Sequence record: SRR2962707_1034
Length of the DNA stretch: 33,167 nt
Direction: 5' to 3' (one strand)
Part shown: positions 16,992-25,995 of the stretch, piece by piece
How the letters are laid out: every line of letters begins with the position of its first letter
Position numbering within the stretch: position 1 is the first letter of the stretch
Notes under the pieces: generated by a model
The model's input: only the letters and a program-made list of their open reading frames with translations
What the model was told of the DNA's origin: nothing
The model's database searches: none
Made by a program: the position numbers and the translations under genes

Positions 16992-17782
16992 TGGGCCGTT
17001 TCACCCTCAACCGCTTTGGCGTCCATGTGAAAAAGCGGAGCTTGCTCCAGATAGACAAGCTTGATCTGCCGTCCTGCGGGATTGTCGGGGTTATTGGTCC
17101 GAACGGGGCTGGCAAATCGACCTTCTTGCGCGCGCTTGCGGGCGTTGCGCGCCACACGGGGGAAAAGTCGCTGGACGGGGCATGGCCTTCGCCGGAACAC
17201 GTCGGGTTTCTGCCGCAGGATTTTACGGTGAATGCCGCCTTAAGCGTGTCTGAATGTGTCCTTTTAGGGCGGCGGGAGCAGCTGGGCTGGCGTGTCACCG
17301 ACAAGGATCGGCTAATCGTCGATGATGCGCTTGCGCGTTTTGGCCTGACCCATTTGGCCGACCGCCCCATGACGTCTCTGTCAGGGGGGCAGCAGCAACT
17401 TGTCCTTTTGGCACAGCGCCTGTCGCGCGCACCGCGTGTGCTGATCCTTGATGAACCAACCAGCGCACTCGATCTGCGCCATCAAATCAATGTGCTCAGC
17501 TACCTCAAGGATTTCCACAGTCACGACACCCTCATTATTGTCGCGTTGCACGACCTCACGCTTGCCGGGCGGTTTTCCAATGCGCTTTTGCTTATCGAAA
17601 ATGGCGGATTGCGCGCGCAAGGGCTACCAAGCGAGGTTCTGTGCCCGGAAATCCTTGATCCTGTTTACGGGATTTCGAGCGAGTGCTTACAAGATCGTTT
17701 GGGCGCTCAAGTGGTGGTGCCTCACATGGCCGGGCCATCTGCCGTTGGGTTTCGCGACGTCAAGACAAGTACCCACCCTTAG
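16991..17782 (+). CDS. ABC ATP-binding protein (FecE/BtuD type)
   Basis: GPNGAGKST, LSGGQQQ, ILDEPTSALD, ALHDL. TGATG overlap with the permease. Confidence 0.96.
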   Translation: MGRFTLNRFGVHVKKRSLLQIDKLDLPSCGIVGVIGPNGAGKSTFLRALAGVARHTGEKSLDGAWPSPEHVGFLPQDFTVNAALSVSECVLLGRREQLGWRVTDKDRLIVDDALARFGLTHLADRPMTSLSGGQQQLVLLAQRLSRAPRVLILDEPTSALDLRHQINVLSYLKDFHSHDTLIIVALHDLTLAGRFSNALLLIENGGLRAQGLPSEVLCPEILDPVYGISSECLQDRLGAQVVVPHMAGPSAVGFRDVKTSTHP

Positions 17783-17922
17783 ATCGGAGCTGGTTCGTAT
17801 TTCGGGCAGCTTGGCAGGGTGCCGCTCTGCACTAATTTCATTCAATTATTGCGCCATATGCCTTGGCCGTGTCTAATTGGCGAAAATAGTGGCCTTTGCG
17901 GGCATAGAAAATAGGCCGGGCC

Positions 17923-18618
17923 ATGAGCACAAGCACCAAGAATGACATTGTCGCGACCTATCACGGGGTTGAAGTGTTGAGCGCGCCGCATCTTGGTCCG
18001 ACCATGATCAATAATATGGTGTCAGGCAATTACGAGCGGCGCGAGGTCCTTTCGGCGCTCAAATTCATCGAAGAAGGTGATGTTGTGGTCGAGATGGGGG
18101 CAGGGGCCGGGGTTGTTGGCGCTGTGGCGGCTAAGAACTGCGCGCCTGCAAAAATTGTCTCGTTCGAGGCAAACCACAAGCTGATCTCGTCGATCAAGGC
18201 GCTGTATGAACATAACGGCATTGCGGATAAAATTGAGGTCCACAACCAGATTGTGCTGTCTGATCCGCAGCCACCGCAAGCCGTTGATTTCTATATTAGG
18301 GGCAATTTTCTGGGGTCTGGGATGACCATCACCAAGGGCATGGAACGCGCCGAACAAGTGTCGGTTCCAGTGGTCGAATGGGCCACAATTCAAGAGCAGT
18401 TGAAGCCTACGGTCTTGTTGATGGACATCGAAGGGGCCGAGCTAGAGTTTTTTCGCCACGCCGATCTAGGTGGCATTCGCGTGATTATCGCCGAGTTGCA
18501 CCGGCATATCTACCACCGCCCCGGGATGCGTGAGATCAGGGAAGGTATTGCCGCTAAAGGGTTTATTGAGGATAAGGAAGCGTCTGGTGGCGGCGTATTC
18601 GTGTTTACGGCAGTTTAA
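17923..18618 (+). CDS. FkbM-family SAM-dependent methyltransferase
   Basis: YERRE, VVEMGAGAGVV, SFEAN, LLMDIEGAE, IAELH. Confidence 0.9.
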   Translation: MSTSTKNDIVATYHGVEVLSAPHLGPTMINNMVSGNYERREVLSALKFIEEGDVVVEMGAGAGVVGAVAAKNCAPAKIVSFEANHKLISSIKALYEHNGIADKIEVHNQIVLSDPQPPQAVDFYIRGNFLGSGMTITKGMERAEQVSVPVVEWATIQEQLKPTVLLMDIEGAELEFFRHADLGGIRVIIAELHRHIYHRPGMREIREGIAAKGFIEDKEASGGGVFVFTAV

Positions 18619-18806
18619 CGTTATGCTGACTTGATGACCGTAACCCTGCTGGAGAAAACCTGCTGTGGTACAAAGCCCGCAGCGCGATTATGCATCATTC
18701 TCAAATGAATTTGCTCAACTTCAAGTGAAACGAGCATCTTGGCGTTGCTGATAGGCTTGGGCTATGGCATTGCATACACCTATATATGAACGAAAGAGTT
18801 TAGCTG

Positions 18807-19460
18807 ATGTCCGACTTTTCCGCCCGCCGCACGATGATGGTTGATACGCAGGTTCGCCCCTCTGATGTGACAAAATTCCCTATCATTGATGCGATGCTGA
18901 CTGTCGCCCGCGAGGATTACGTGCCCGCGGCACAACGCGAGGCGGCCTATCTGGGTGAGAATCTGAACTTGGGCGAGGGGCGCATTCTGCTTGAGCCACG
19001 GACGCTTGCGAAAATGCTGGACGCGCTGGCCATCGGTAACAACGATCTGGTTCTCGATATCGGTTGCGCCTACGGGTATTCGACCGCAGTGATCGCCCAT
19101 ATCGCCGAAGCCGTGGTTGCCGTCGAAGAAGACGAACAAATGGCCCACGAGGCGCAGGAAATGCTAACAACTTCGTCAGTGGACAACGCGATTGTGCACA
19201 CTGGCCCCCTGATCGAAGGGGCAGCCAAGCATGGCCCCTACGACGTTATCCTGATCCAGGGCGGTGTCGAGGTCGTGCCAGATGCAATCTTGGACCAGCT
19301 CAAGATCGGCGGCCGCATTGCCTGCATCTTTATGGCCGGTGTGTTGGGTGAAGTACGGATCGGTTACAAGAGTGATCACGGCGTCAGTTGGCGTGCAGAC
19401 TTTAATGCCGGCGCGCCGGTGCTGAAAGGTTTCGTTCGCGAAAAGGCCTTCCAACTTTAA
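18807..19460 (+). CDS. pcm: Protein-L-isoaspartate O-methyltransferase family protein
   Basis: RRTMMVDTQVRPSDVT, VAREDYVP, VLDIGCAYGYSTAV, GPYDVILIQG, QLKIGGR. Lies upstream of tolC as in other alphaproteobacteria. Confidence 0.92.
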   Translation: MSDFSARRTMMVDTQVRPSDVTKFPIIDAMLTVAREDYVPAAQREAAYLGENLNLGEGRILLEPRTLAKMLDALAIGNNDLVLDIGCAYGYSTAVIAHIAEAVVAVEEDEQMAHEAQEMLTTSSVDNAIVHTGPLIEGAAKHGPYDVILIQGGVEVVPDAILDQLKIGGRIACIFMAGVLGEVRIGYKSDHGVSWRADFNAGAPVLKGFVREKAFQL

Positions 19461-19516
19461 GAACGTAAATACACGGTCCCCTCGAATACTGGATCGAATT
19501 AAGAGAGTCTGATTTG

Positions 19517-20953
19517 ATGAAGCAGGAAAATAAAGCCCACGGTCTGCGCCGTACATTTGCGGCGGGTGTGATGGGCGTAGGTCTGTTGTTCCCAGTGGCG
19601 TCGTGGTCCGAGACATTGGCCGACGCCTTGGTCGGCGCGTATAACAACTCTGGTCTGCTGGATCAGAATCGTGCCGTACTGCGCGCCGCCGACGAAGACG
19701 TGGGTATTGCCAAATCAGCGCTAAAGCCGGTTGTACAATGGACCGCTAACGCCACCCAAAACGTCAACCGCTCCGTCAGTGCAGGATCGACCTTTGTCGC
19801 AGCTGGCACCCGGACAGATACCGATTCGCTGACGACAACTGCCAACTTGATCGCGTCGCTTTTGGTCTATGATTTCGGTGCGACGCGCTATGGGATCGAA
19901 GCTGCCAAAGAAACTGTTTTGGCGACACGCGAAAACCTGATCAGCGTTGAACAGCAAATCCTGCTACGGGCTGTTGACGCGTACATGAGCGTGATCCAGT
20001 CCCGGGAACTGGTATCGCTGCGCGAAAACAACGTGCGCTTGCTGACCCAAGAATTACGCGCCGCGCGTGACCGCTTTGAAGTGGGTGAAGTCACACGGAC
20101 CGATGTTGCTTTGGCTGAAGCACAGCTTGCGCAAGCGCGCAGCGGTCTTGCTGGTGCGCAAGGCGATCTGATTTCGGCAAAGGCCTATTTCAAGGTTGCC
20201 GTTGGCCGCGAGCCGGGAAATCTCACCGCGCCGCCCAGCTTGCCGAGCATTTCGGATATTCGCACAGCCAAAGCGTTGGCCGTGCGCAGCCACCCAGATA
20301 TTTTGGCCGTGCAACATCAGGTCGCCGCAGCTGAGCTTTTGATCCGCAGAAGCGTCGCCGCGATGGAACCTCAGGTTTCCGTTCAGGGGTCTTTGGGCGT
20401 GACCGAGACATTCGACTCGCAATCGTCAAGCCGCAGTGGTTCGGTTGGTCTGCAACTGAGCCAGACGATTTACCAAGGCGGTGCGTTGTCGGCGGGGGTT
20501 CGTAAGAACCGTGCGCAACGCGACGCACAACGTGGCAACCTGCATGTGGTTGTGAAAGACGTCGAACGTGCAGTCAGTGACGCTTATGCGGGTCTTGCCG
20601 CATCGCGTGCCCAGATCGAAGCATCGCAACGCCAAGTAAGCGCCGCAAGAATTGCGTTCCAGGGTGTACGTGAAGAGGCGGCCTTGGGCGCACGCACCAC
20701 ATTGGATGTGTTGGACGCCGAGCAATCCTTGCTGGATGCGCAATCCAGCAGCGTCACGGCACAGACCCAAATATATGTGACAGCCTATTCGGTTTTGCAG
20801 GCGACTGGCCAGTTGACGGCCCGCAATCTAAAGTTGCCTGTGCAGGTTTATGACCCTGCCGCCTATTATAATCTGGTCAAAGACAGCCCTGCAAAATTGT
20901 CTAAAGAAGGCAAGCAACTGGACCGCGTTCTACGTGCGCTGCAAAAGGACTGA
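19517..20953 (+). CDS. tolC: TolC-family outer membrane channel
   Basis: Signal peptide, ETLADALVGAYNN, RFEVGEVTRTDVA, GARTTLDVLDAEQ, YDPAAYYNLVKD. Confidence 0.94.
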   Translation: MKQENKAHGLRRTFAAGVMGVGLLFPVASWSETLADALVGAYNNSGLLDQNRAVLRAADEDVGIAKSALKPVVQWTANATQNVNRSVSAGSTFVAAGTRTDTDSLTTTANLIASLLVYDFGATRYGIEAAKETVLATRENLISVEQQILLRAVDAYMSVIQSRELVSLRENNVRLLTQELRAARDRFEVGEVTRTDVALAEAQLAQARSGLAGAQGDLISAKAYFKVAVGREPGNLTAPPSLPSISDIRTAKALAVRSHPDILAVQHQVAAAELLIRRSVAAMEPQVSVQGSLGVTETFDSQSSSRSGSVGLQLSQTIYQGGALSAGVRKNRAQRDAQRGNLHVVVKDVERAVSDAYAGLAASRAQIEASQRQVSAARIAFQGVREEAALGARTTLDVLDAEQSLLDAQSSSVTAQTQIYVTAYSVLQATGQLTARNLKLPVQVYDPAAYYNLVKDSPAKLSKEGKQLDRVLRALQKD

Positions 20954-21029
20954 CAATTTTTACGACGGTGTTGTGAGAATCTCCGCCATCGCCTAAGTTG
21001 TTTAGTTATGAATGAATGGTTGTTGAATT

Positions 21030-21872
21030 ATGTCTGATGCTGTTTCCAATGCAGAAGTAGAGGACGTGCTGTCTTCCATACGCCGACTGGTGTCTGAAAA
21101 CAGACGTCCGGTGGGTCAGGTTAAGGAAAGCACGCCTTCGGAGGAGAAGCTGGTGCTGACCCCTTCGTTGCGGGTTTCCAATGACGCCCCCATCGGGGAT
21201 GCCCATCGCAAGCCAGCATTCGTTGAAACCCCCGGTCGGGACAATGGCGCGAAAACCGTGGGCGATCAGGCGGCTGATGCTGATCCTGTGGACGCCGCGC
21301 CTGTCGAAGCTGTTGCTGTTGATGATGCGGGGCAGTTCGACACAGTGACCTCGTTCAAGCAGCGCTCTGGTATTTTGAACCTTGGCGCGTCGGAACTGGT
21401 GGATGACGAGGCCAAGCCCAGCGGATCTGATCGGTTGAGCGCCAAGATCGCGGCGCTTGAAACCGCCATTGGGCGTATTTCAGACGGATGGGACGCTGAA
21501 GAGCGTGAAGTAAGTGAATTCGTGTCCGCCGAACCGCTTGCTATGGCGTGGGAAGATGACGTCGAGCTGGACGCGACCGGTGCGCCGATCCCTGCATCAA
21601 AAAGCCAAGAGACGTCACAAGCGGCACCTGAGCCCGTTGAGAATATCGTTGAGGCGGCACCTTATGTTGAGGAAGACGATTCCGCCTCGCAGGACACTGC
21701 CAAGGGCTTTGGTGCTGACGAATATTTTGACGAGGACATGCTGCGCGACTTGGTCGAAGAGATTGTCCGCAAAGAGCTGCAAGGCGCGTTGGGTGAGCGT
21801 ATCACCCGCAACGTGCGCAAGCTGGTTCGCCGTGAAGTCCACCGCGCGTTAACGGCTCAAGATCTCGAATAA
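21030..21872 (+). CDS. PopZ-like (DUF2497-like) protein with an acidic disordered linker
   Basis: N-terminal EDVLSSIRRLVSE, a D/E/P/A-rich middle and C-terminal helices LRDLVEEIVRKEL...VRKLVRREVHRAL. Occupies the popZ position after pcm-tolC. Confidence 0.72.
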   Translation: MSDAVSNAEVEDVLSSIRRLVSENRRPVGQVKESTPSEEKLVLTPSLRVSNDAPIGDAHRKPAFVETPGRDNGAKTVGDQAADADPVDAAPVEAVAVDDAGQFDTVTSFKQRSGILNLGASELVDDEAKPSGSDRLSAKIAALETAIGRISDGWDAEEREVSEFVSAEPLAMAWEDDVELDATGAPIPASKSQETSQAAPEPVENIVEAAPYVEEDDSASQDTAKGFGADEYFDEDMLRDLVEEIVRKELQGALGERITRNVRKLVRREVHRALTAQDLE

Positions 21873-21897
21873 CGATTCCGCTGCTTAGGGGATTATG

Positions 21898-21930
21898 ACG
21901 GCATCTGCGCGGGCGGGTGCCGTTTTTGTT
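21898..21930 (+). terminator. Intrinsic terminator after pcm-tolC-popZ-like
   Basis: ACGGCATCTGC-GCGG-GCGGGTGCCGT followed by TTTTGTT. Confidence 0.75.
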
Positions 21931-21967
21931 TGGGCCAAGGTTTCGGGCTATCGTCCCTGCATGCAAT

Positions 21968-22001
21968 AAAAAAAGACGCGGCCCCGAGGCCGCGTCTTTT
22001 T
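21968..22001 (-). terminator. Intrinsic, potentially bidirectional terminator of the DUF6280-like gene
   Basis: AAAAAGACGCGGCC-CCGA-GGCCGCGTCTTTTT. Confidence 0.88.
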
Positions 22002-22023
22002 AGCACTGAAATCTTTAACTAGA

Positions 22024-22344
22024 TCAGGCTGCTTCGGCTTGTTGCGCCGCATGGCGACGTTCTGACTCTTCGCGAGACAGGGCAACAGATGTACGTACAC
22101 CTTTACCGACAAAATCCATCAGGCCGGACACAACACGTTCGTTCGGGTCGATACCGGCACAGCTCAACACTTCACGACCGTCGCGCGAACGCGCCCAGCG
22201 TGCAATCTGCTCAGGACCGTTGCCATATTTCTTGTCATCGGCAATTGCATCGTCCAATGCTGCCAGTACCACGGCAGCAAAAAGTTTGCGGGCACGGTTA
22301 CCTTGCTCATTGTTAAAGGCAGTGCCATCAACGAAATCTTTCAT
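22024..22344 (-). CDS. Conserved Rhodobacteraceae hypothetical protein (DUF6280-like)
   Basis: 106 aa, MKDFVDGTAFNNEQGNRARKLFAAVVLAALDDAIADDKKYGNG, recalled as a conserved family next to efp. RBS AAAGGA and its own terminator. Confidence 0.85.
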   Translation of the reverse strand: MKDFVDGTAFNNEQGNRARKLFAAVVLAALDDAIADDKKYGNGPEQIARWARSRDGREVLSCAGIDPNERVVSGLMDFVGKGVRTSVALSREESERRHAAQQAEAA

Positions 22345-22564
22345 CTCGTCGTCCTTTCTATTATTCTTGCTCTTGTCATTTAGGCGAGGCGTTCCTTATG
22401 ACTGAAAGAGCGCGATTCGGATACACATATTTTGCATATCACCTATGCATTCAGTACATGGCTCTTTGCGCTTTTGGCAGGCGCTTGGCTGCCTTGCGTG
22501 GCCAGTTCTTAGAAGATATAGGTCGCCTGAATTATTCTTCAACATTTTGCCATGGTGCCACCAA

Positions 22565-23128
22565 ATGCCTAAGATCAATGGAAACGAAATTCGTCCCGGA
22601 AACGTGCTTGAGCACAACGGTGGTCTTTGGGCTGCGGTTAAGGTTGATCACGTCAAGCCGGGCAAGGGCGGAGCCTTTGCACAAGTCGAGATGCGCAACC
22701 TGCGCAACGGGTCAAAACTGAACGAACGCTTTCGCAGCGCGGACAAGGTTGAAAAGGTCCGTCTTGTGCAAAAAGACCAACAATTCCTATACGAAGACGC
22801 AGGAATGCTGGTTTTGATGGACACGGAAACCTACGATCAAGTGCAGCTGTCGGCGGAACTTTTGGGCGAACGTCGCCCGTTTTTGCAAGACGGTATGATG
22901 GTCGTTGTCGAGTATCACGAGGACGAAGCGCTGAACGCTTCCTTGCCACAAAAAGTGACCTGCAAGATCGTCGAGACCGAGCCGGTCGTCAAAGGCCAGA
23001 CTGCTGCGAATTCTTTCAAGCCAGCGATCTTGGATAATGGTGTCAAAGTGATGGTGCCACCCTTCGTCGGCCAAGACGAAGACATCATCGTAAACACCGA
23101 AACGATGGAATATTCCGAGCGCGCCTAA
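22565..23128 (+). CDS. efp: Elongation factor P
   Basis: [37 protein letters not shown]...VPPFV, EYSERA. 187 aa from ATG 22565. Confidence 0.98.
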   Translation: MPKINGNEIRPGNVLEHNGGLWAAVKVDHVKPGKGGAFAQVEMRNLRNGSKLNERFRSADKVEKVRLVQKDQQFLYEDAGMLVLMDTETYDQVQLSAELLGERRPFLQDGMMVVVEYHEDEALNASLPQKVTCKIVETEPVVKGQTAANSFKPAILDNGVKVMVPPFVGQDEDIIVNTETMEYSERA

Positions 23129-23168
23129 CGCTCGAAATTGACCTAACGTCAAGACCGCGCCGAATTGC

Positions 23169-23195
23169 AAAGCCCCGGATCAACCGGGGCTTTTT
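23169..23195 (+). terminator. Intrinsic terminator after efp
   Basis: AAAGCCCCGG-ATCAA-CCGGGGCTTTTT. Confidence 0.9.
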
Positions 23196-23435
23196 CCTGT
23201 CTGGGGGGCGGCGACAGGTCAGGATTACGGCACGCTGCGCGACGATAGTTGCCGTTTTGCAACACTCCTTTCCAGCCAGCGCGGCACCCCTAGCGCAACA
23301 TGGCACCGAAATTCCGACGGCTTTTAAGGGCACGGCAGATCTGTCGGTGCCCGCGCTTTGGTGCGTTGCTGGGCGGTAAAACTATTTTTCGCCTGAACCA
23401 AGCTGTTATAGCTGTTCGGGGAGATAGGGGGAATC

Positions 23436-25061
23436 ATGTCAGACATCGTTGTTTTTGCGGCCAAAAAGATCATCACAATGGACATCAACCGGATGGAAGC
23501 GACCCATGTCGCGGTCCGCGCCGGAGAGATACTGGCCGTGGGTGACGCCACCTGCGCTGACCAGTGGGGCGCTGTGACCCATGATGACAGCCTGAAAGAC
23601 GCGGTGCTGATGCCCGGTTTCATCGAAGGGCATGCGCATATGATGGCGGGCGCGATGTGGGAATATGCCTATGCGGGGTATCACGACCGGATCGACCCAG
23701 ATGGCAAGCTGTGGCGGGGTATGGCGGATAATGACGCGGTGATTGGCGGGCTTCGCGATTACGCAGAAACGCTGGATGATGACGCTCCGCTGGTCGGCTG
23801 GGGGTTTGATCCGATTTTCCTGACGTCAGAGCGGCTGAGCAAAAAACATCTGGATCAGATCAGCGCAACGCGTCCCATCGCCATCATTTACTCGAATTTC
23901 CACTTGATGTGTGTGAATTCGGCCGCGCTTGAGATGGCAGGGTTCGATCAGACCACCAACGCCGAAGGCGTGATCAAAGGGTCCGACGGCCAGCCCACGG
24001 GCGAGCTGCAGGAAATGGCGGCGATGTTCCCGGTCATGCGACGCTTGGGGATCGACTTTCGCGGTCTAAGCCAGAAAGAAGCCTCCATTCGTGCCTATGC
24101 TGATGTGTCGCGTCGGGCCGGTGTGACCACGGTTACCGATCTTTATTCCCAGATGGAGGAAGATGACCTGACCACCATGCTGCGCGTCACCGGGGCGGAT
24201 GATTTTCCGCTGCGCATCGTGCCAGCCTTGGGTGCGATGGAAGGGCCAAAAGCCATTGCAGACAAGGCGCAGGCGCTTGCCAAACGCAGCACCGACAAGC
24301 TGCGGCTGGGGGCGGTCAAATTGATGACAGATGGCGCGATCCAAGGTTGGACAGCGCGGGTCAAAAGCCCCGGCTATGTTGGCGGGCAGCCCAACGGCAT
24401 TTGGAACACTCCGCCCGAGACGATCTTTGCACTGGTCGAAGAGCTGAACAGCCGTGGCATCCAGATGCATATCCACGTGAACGGGGACGAGGCCGCCGAG
24501 GTGACGTTGAATGCGATCGAGGCTGCATTGCGCAAGAACCCTTGGGCAGGGCACCGTCATGTCCTTCAGCATTGCCAGTTGATGGGCCGTGATTTGTTTA
24601 CGCGGGCCGCTGATATGGGGGTGTGCTGCAACATCTTTGCCAACCACGTTCATTACTTTGGCGATCAGCACGTGGCACTGACCATCGGCAGCAACCGCGC
24701 TGAACGCATGGACGGATCGCGCAGCGCGATTGATGCAGGGGTTAACATTGCGATCCATTCAGATGCACCCGTCACCCCCATGGCACCACTATTCACCGCA
24801 TGGTGCGCCGTGAACCGGCAGACAATGTCGGGGCGTACTTTGGGGGCCGCACAGTGCATCGACGTAGAAGAAGCCCTGTTCGCCATCACCATGGGGGCCG
24901 CCTATACGTTGAAACTGGACAGCGAGATTGGCAGCATCGAGACAGGCAAACGCGCCGATTTCGTGGCTTTGGGCGATGATCCATTGGCCGTTGATCCGAT
25001 GGCGCTAAAGGATGTGCCGATACTGGGGACGGTCTTTGGGGGCCGTGTTCACCTGCTATGA
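23436..25061 (+). CDS. Metal-dependent amidohydrolase (Amidohydro_3, YtcJ/NfdA-like)
   Basis: MPGFIEGHAH, GQPTGELQE, AVKLMTDG, HIHVNGD, LQH, HSDAPVTP, GSIETGKRADFV. Confidence 0.93.
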   Translation: MSDIVVFAAKKIITMDINRMEATHVAVRAGEILAVGDATCADQWGAVTHDDSLKDAVLMPGFIEGHAHMMAGAMWEYAYAGYHDRIDPDGKLWRGMADNDAVIGGLRDYAETLDDDAPLVGWGFDPIFLTSERLSKKHLDQISATRPIAIIYSNFHLMCVNSAALEMAGFDQTTNAEGVIKGSDGQPTGELQEMAAMFPVMRRLGIDFRGLSQKEASIRAYADVSRRAGVTTVTDLYSQMEEDDLTTMLRVTGADDFPLRIVPALGAMEGPKAIADKAQALAKRSTDKLRLGAVKLMTDGAIQGWTARVKSPGYVGGQPNGIWNTPPETIFALVEELNSRGIQMHIHVNGDEAAEVTLNAIEAALRKNPWAGHRHVLQHCQLMGRDLFTRAADMGVCCNIFANHVHYFGDQHVALTIGSNRAERMDGSRSAIDAGVNIAIHSDAPVTPMAPLFTAWCAVNRQTMSGRTLGAAQCIDVEEALFAITMGAAYTLKLDSEIGSIETGKRADFVALGDDPLAVDPMALKDVPILGTVFGGRVHLL

Positions 25062-25933
25062 AGCCACGCCTGCCACTGACTGTGATCTCGGGCTATTTGG
25101 GCGCGGGCAAGACCACGTTGATCAACCGGTTGCTGGCCGAGGATCACGGCCTGAAGCTGACGGTGATGGTCAACGATTTCGGCGCGATCAATATCGACGC
25201 TGCCCTGATCGCAGAGGCCGGTGAAGACACGATGACCCTGACCAACGGCTGCGTGTGCTGCACGATGGGCAACGATCTGTTCATGGCCATCGGGGATGTT
25301 CTGGATCGCCCGCAGCGCCCCGACCATCTGGTGATCGAAGCGTCGGGCATTGCAGACCCCGCGCGCATTGCCCAAGTGGCGCAGGCCGAACCGGAATTGG
25401 CTTATGGTGGCATTGCGACTGTGGTGGACGGGCAAAGCTATGACGTTTTGGCGCGCGACAGCCAGATTGGCGCGCAGGTCGCCGGGCAGGTCAACGCCGC
25501 AGATATGGTGTTGATCAGCAAGCTGGCAGTCCCCGATCCGGGGTTGGCATTGCGGCTGGGGGTACAGTCACGGGCGTTGGTGGTGGACCTTGCGCAGGTG
25601 GGCAGTGTGGCCCCGATTGTTTTCGGGGTGGCTGAACGGGCAGTACCAAATATTTCCATGGCCCAGCACGCCGCCTATGTGGGGTGGAGTGATAGCAGTG
25701 AAGTGGCGCTGGAGTACCCAGCGTTGATGGAAAAGTTGCAGAACCGCCCGGAAGGCCTGTTTCGTTTCAAAGGGTTTGTTGCCCATGATCGTACAAGCAG
25801 TTGGGAAGTACACTGCGTTGGTGCCAGCGTGAATGTAAAGCCGGTCAAGGTCGCGCAGGCGACCCAAGTTGTGGGGATAGGTTTAAAGGAACAAACAAGT
25901 GCGGCAGAGATCTCAACATGGTGGCACAGCTAA
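25058..25933 (+). CDS. COG0523/CobW-family G3E metallochaperone GTPase
   Basis: SGYLGAGKTT, VNDFG.INID, NGCVCC, IEASGIADP, ISKL, and C-terminal FRFKG. ATGA overlap with the amidohydrolase. Confidence 0.93.
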   Translation: MKPRLPLTVISGYLGAGKTTLINRLLAEDHGLKLTVMVNDFGAINIDAALIAEAGEDTMTLTNGCVCCTMGNDLFMAIGDVLDRPQRPDHLVIEASGIADPARIAQVAQAEPELAYGGIATVVDGQSYDVLARDSQIGAQVAGQVNAADMVLISKLAVPDPGLALRLGVQSRALVVDLAQVGSVAPIVFGVAERAVPNISMAQHAAYVGWSDSSEVALEYPALMEKLQNRPEGLFRFKGFVAHDRTSSWEVHCVGASVNVKPVKVAQATQVVGIGLKEQTSAAEISTWWHS

Positions 25934-25941
25934 AGCGCAGA

Positions 25942-25986
25942 CGGAGTTTTTCAAAAACTCCGAGCCAAAATTTTTGAAAAATTATG
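25942..25986. repeat. REP-like double palindrome between convergent genes
   Basis: CGGAGTTTTT-C-AAAAACTCCG followed by CAAAATTTTT-G-AAAAATTATG. Confidence 0.7.
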
Positions 25987-25995
25987 ATCCCCGCC

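Noticed and set aside
18619-18806. tRNA or integration site upstream of pcm
   Set aside because: No cloverleaf, T-loop GTTCRA motif or att-like duplication is visible.
22565-23128. Functional link between efp and the RAPP-motif ORF
   Set aside because: They are 8 kb apart on either side of the accessory/core boundary, so proximity is probably coincidental.
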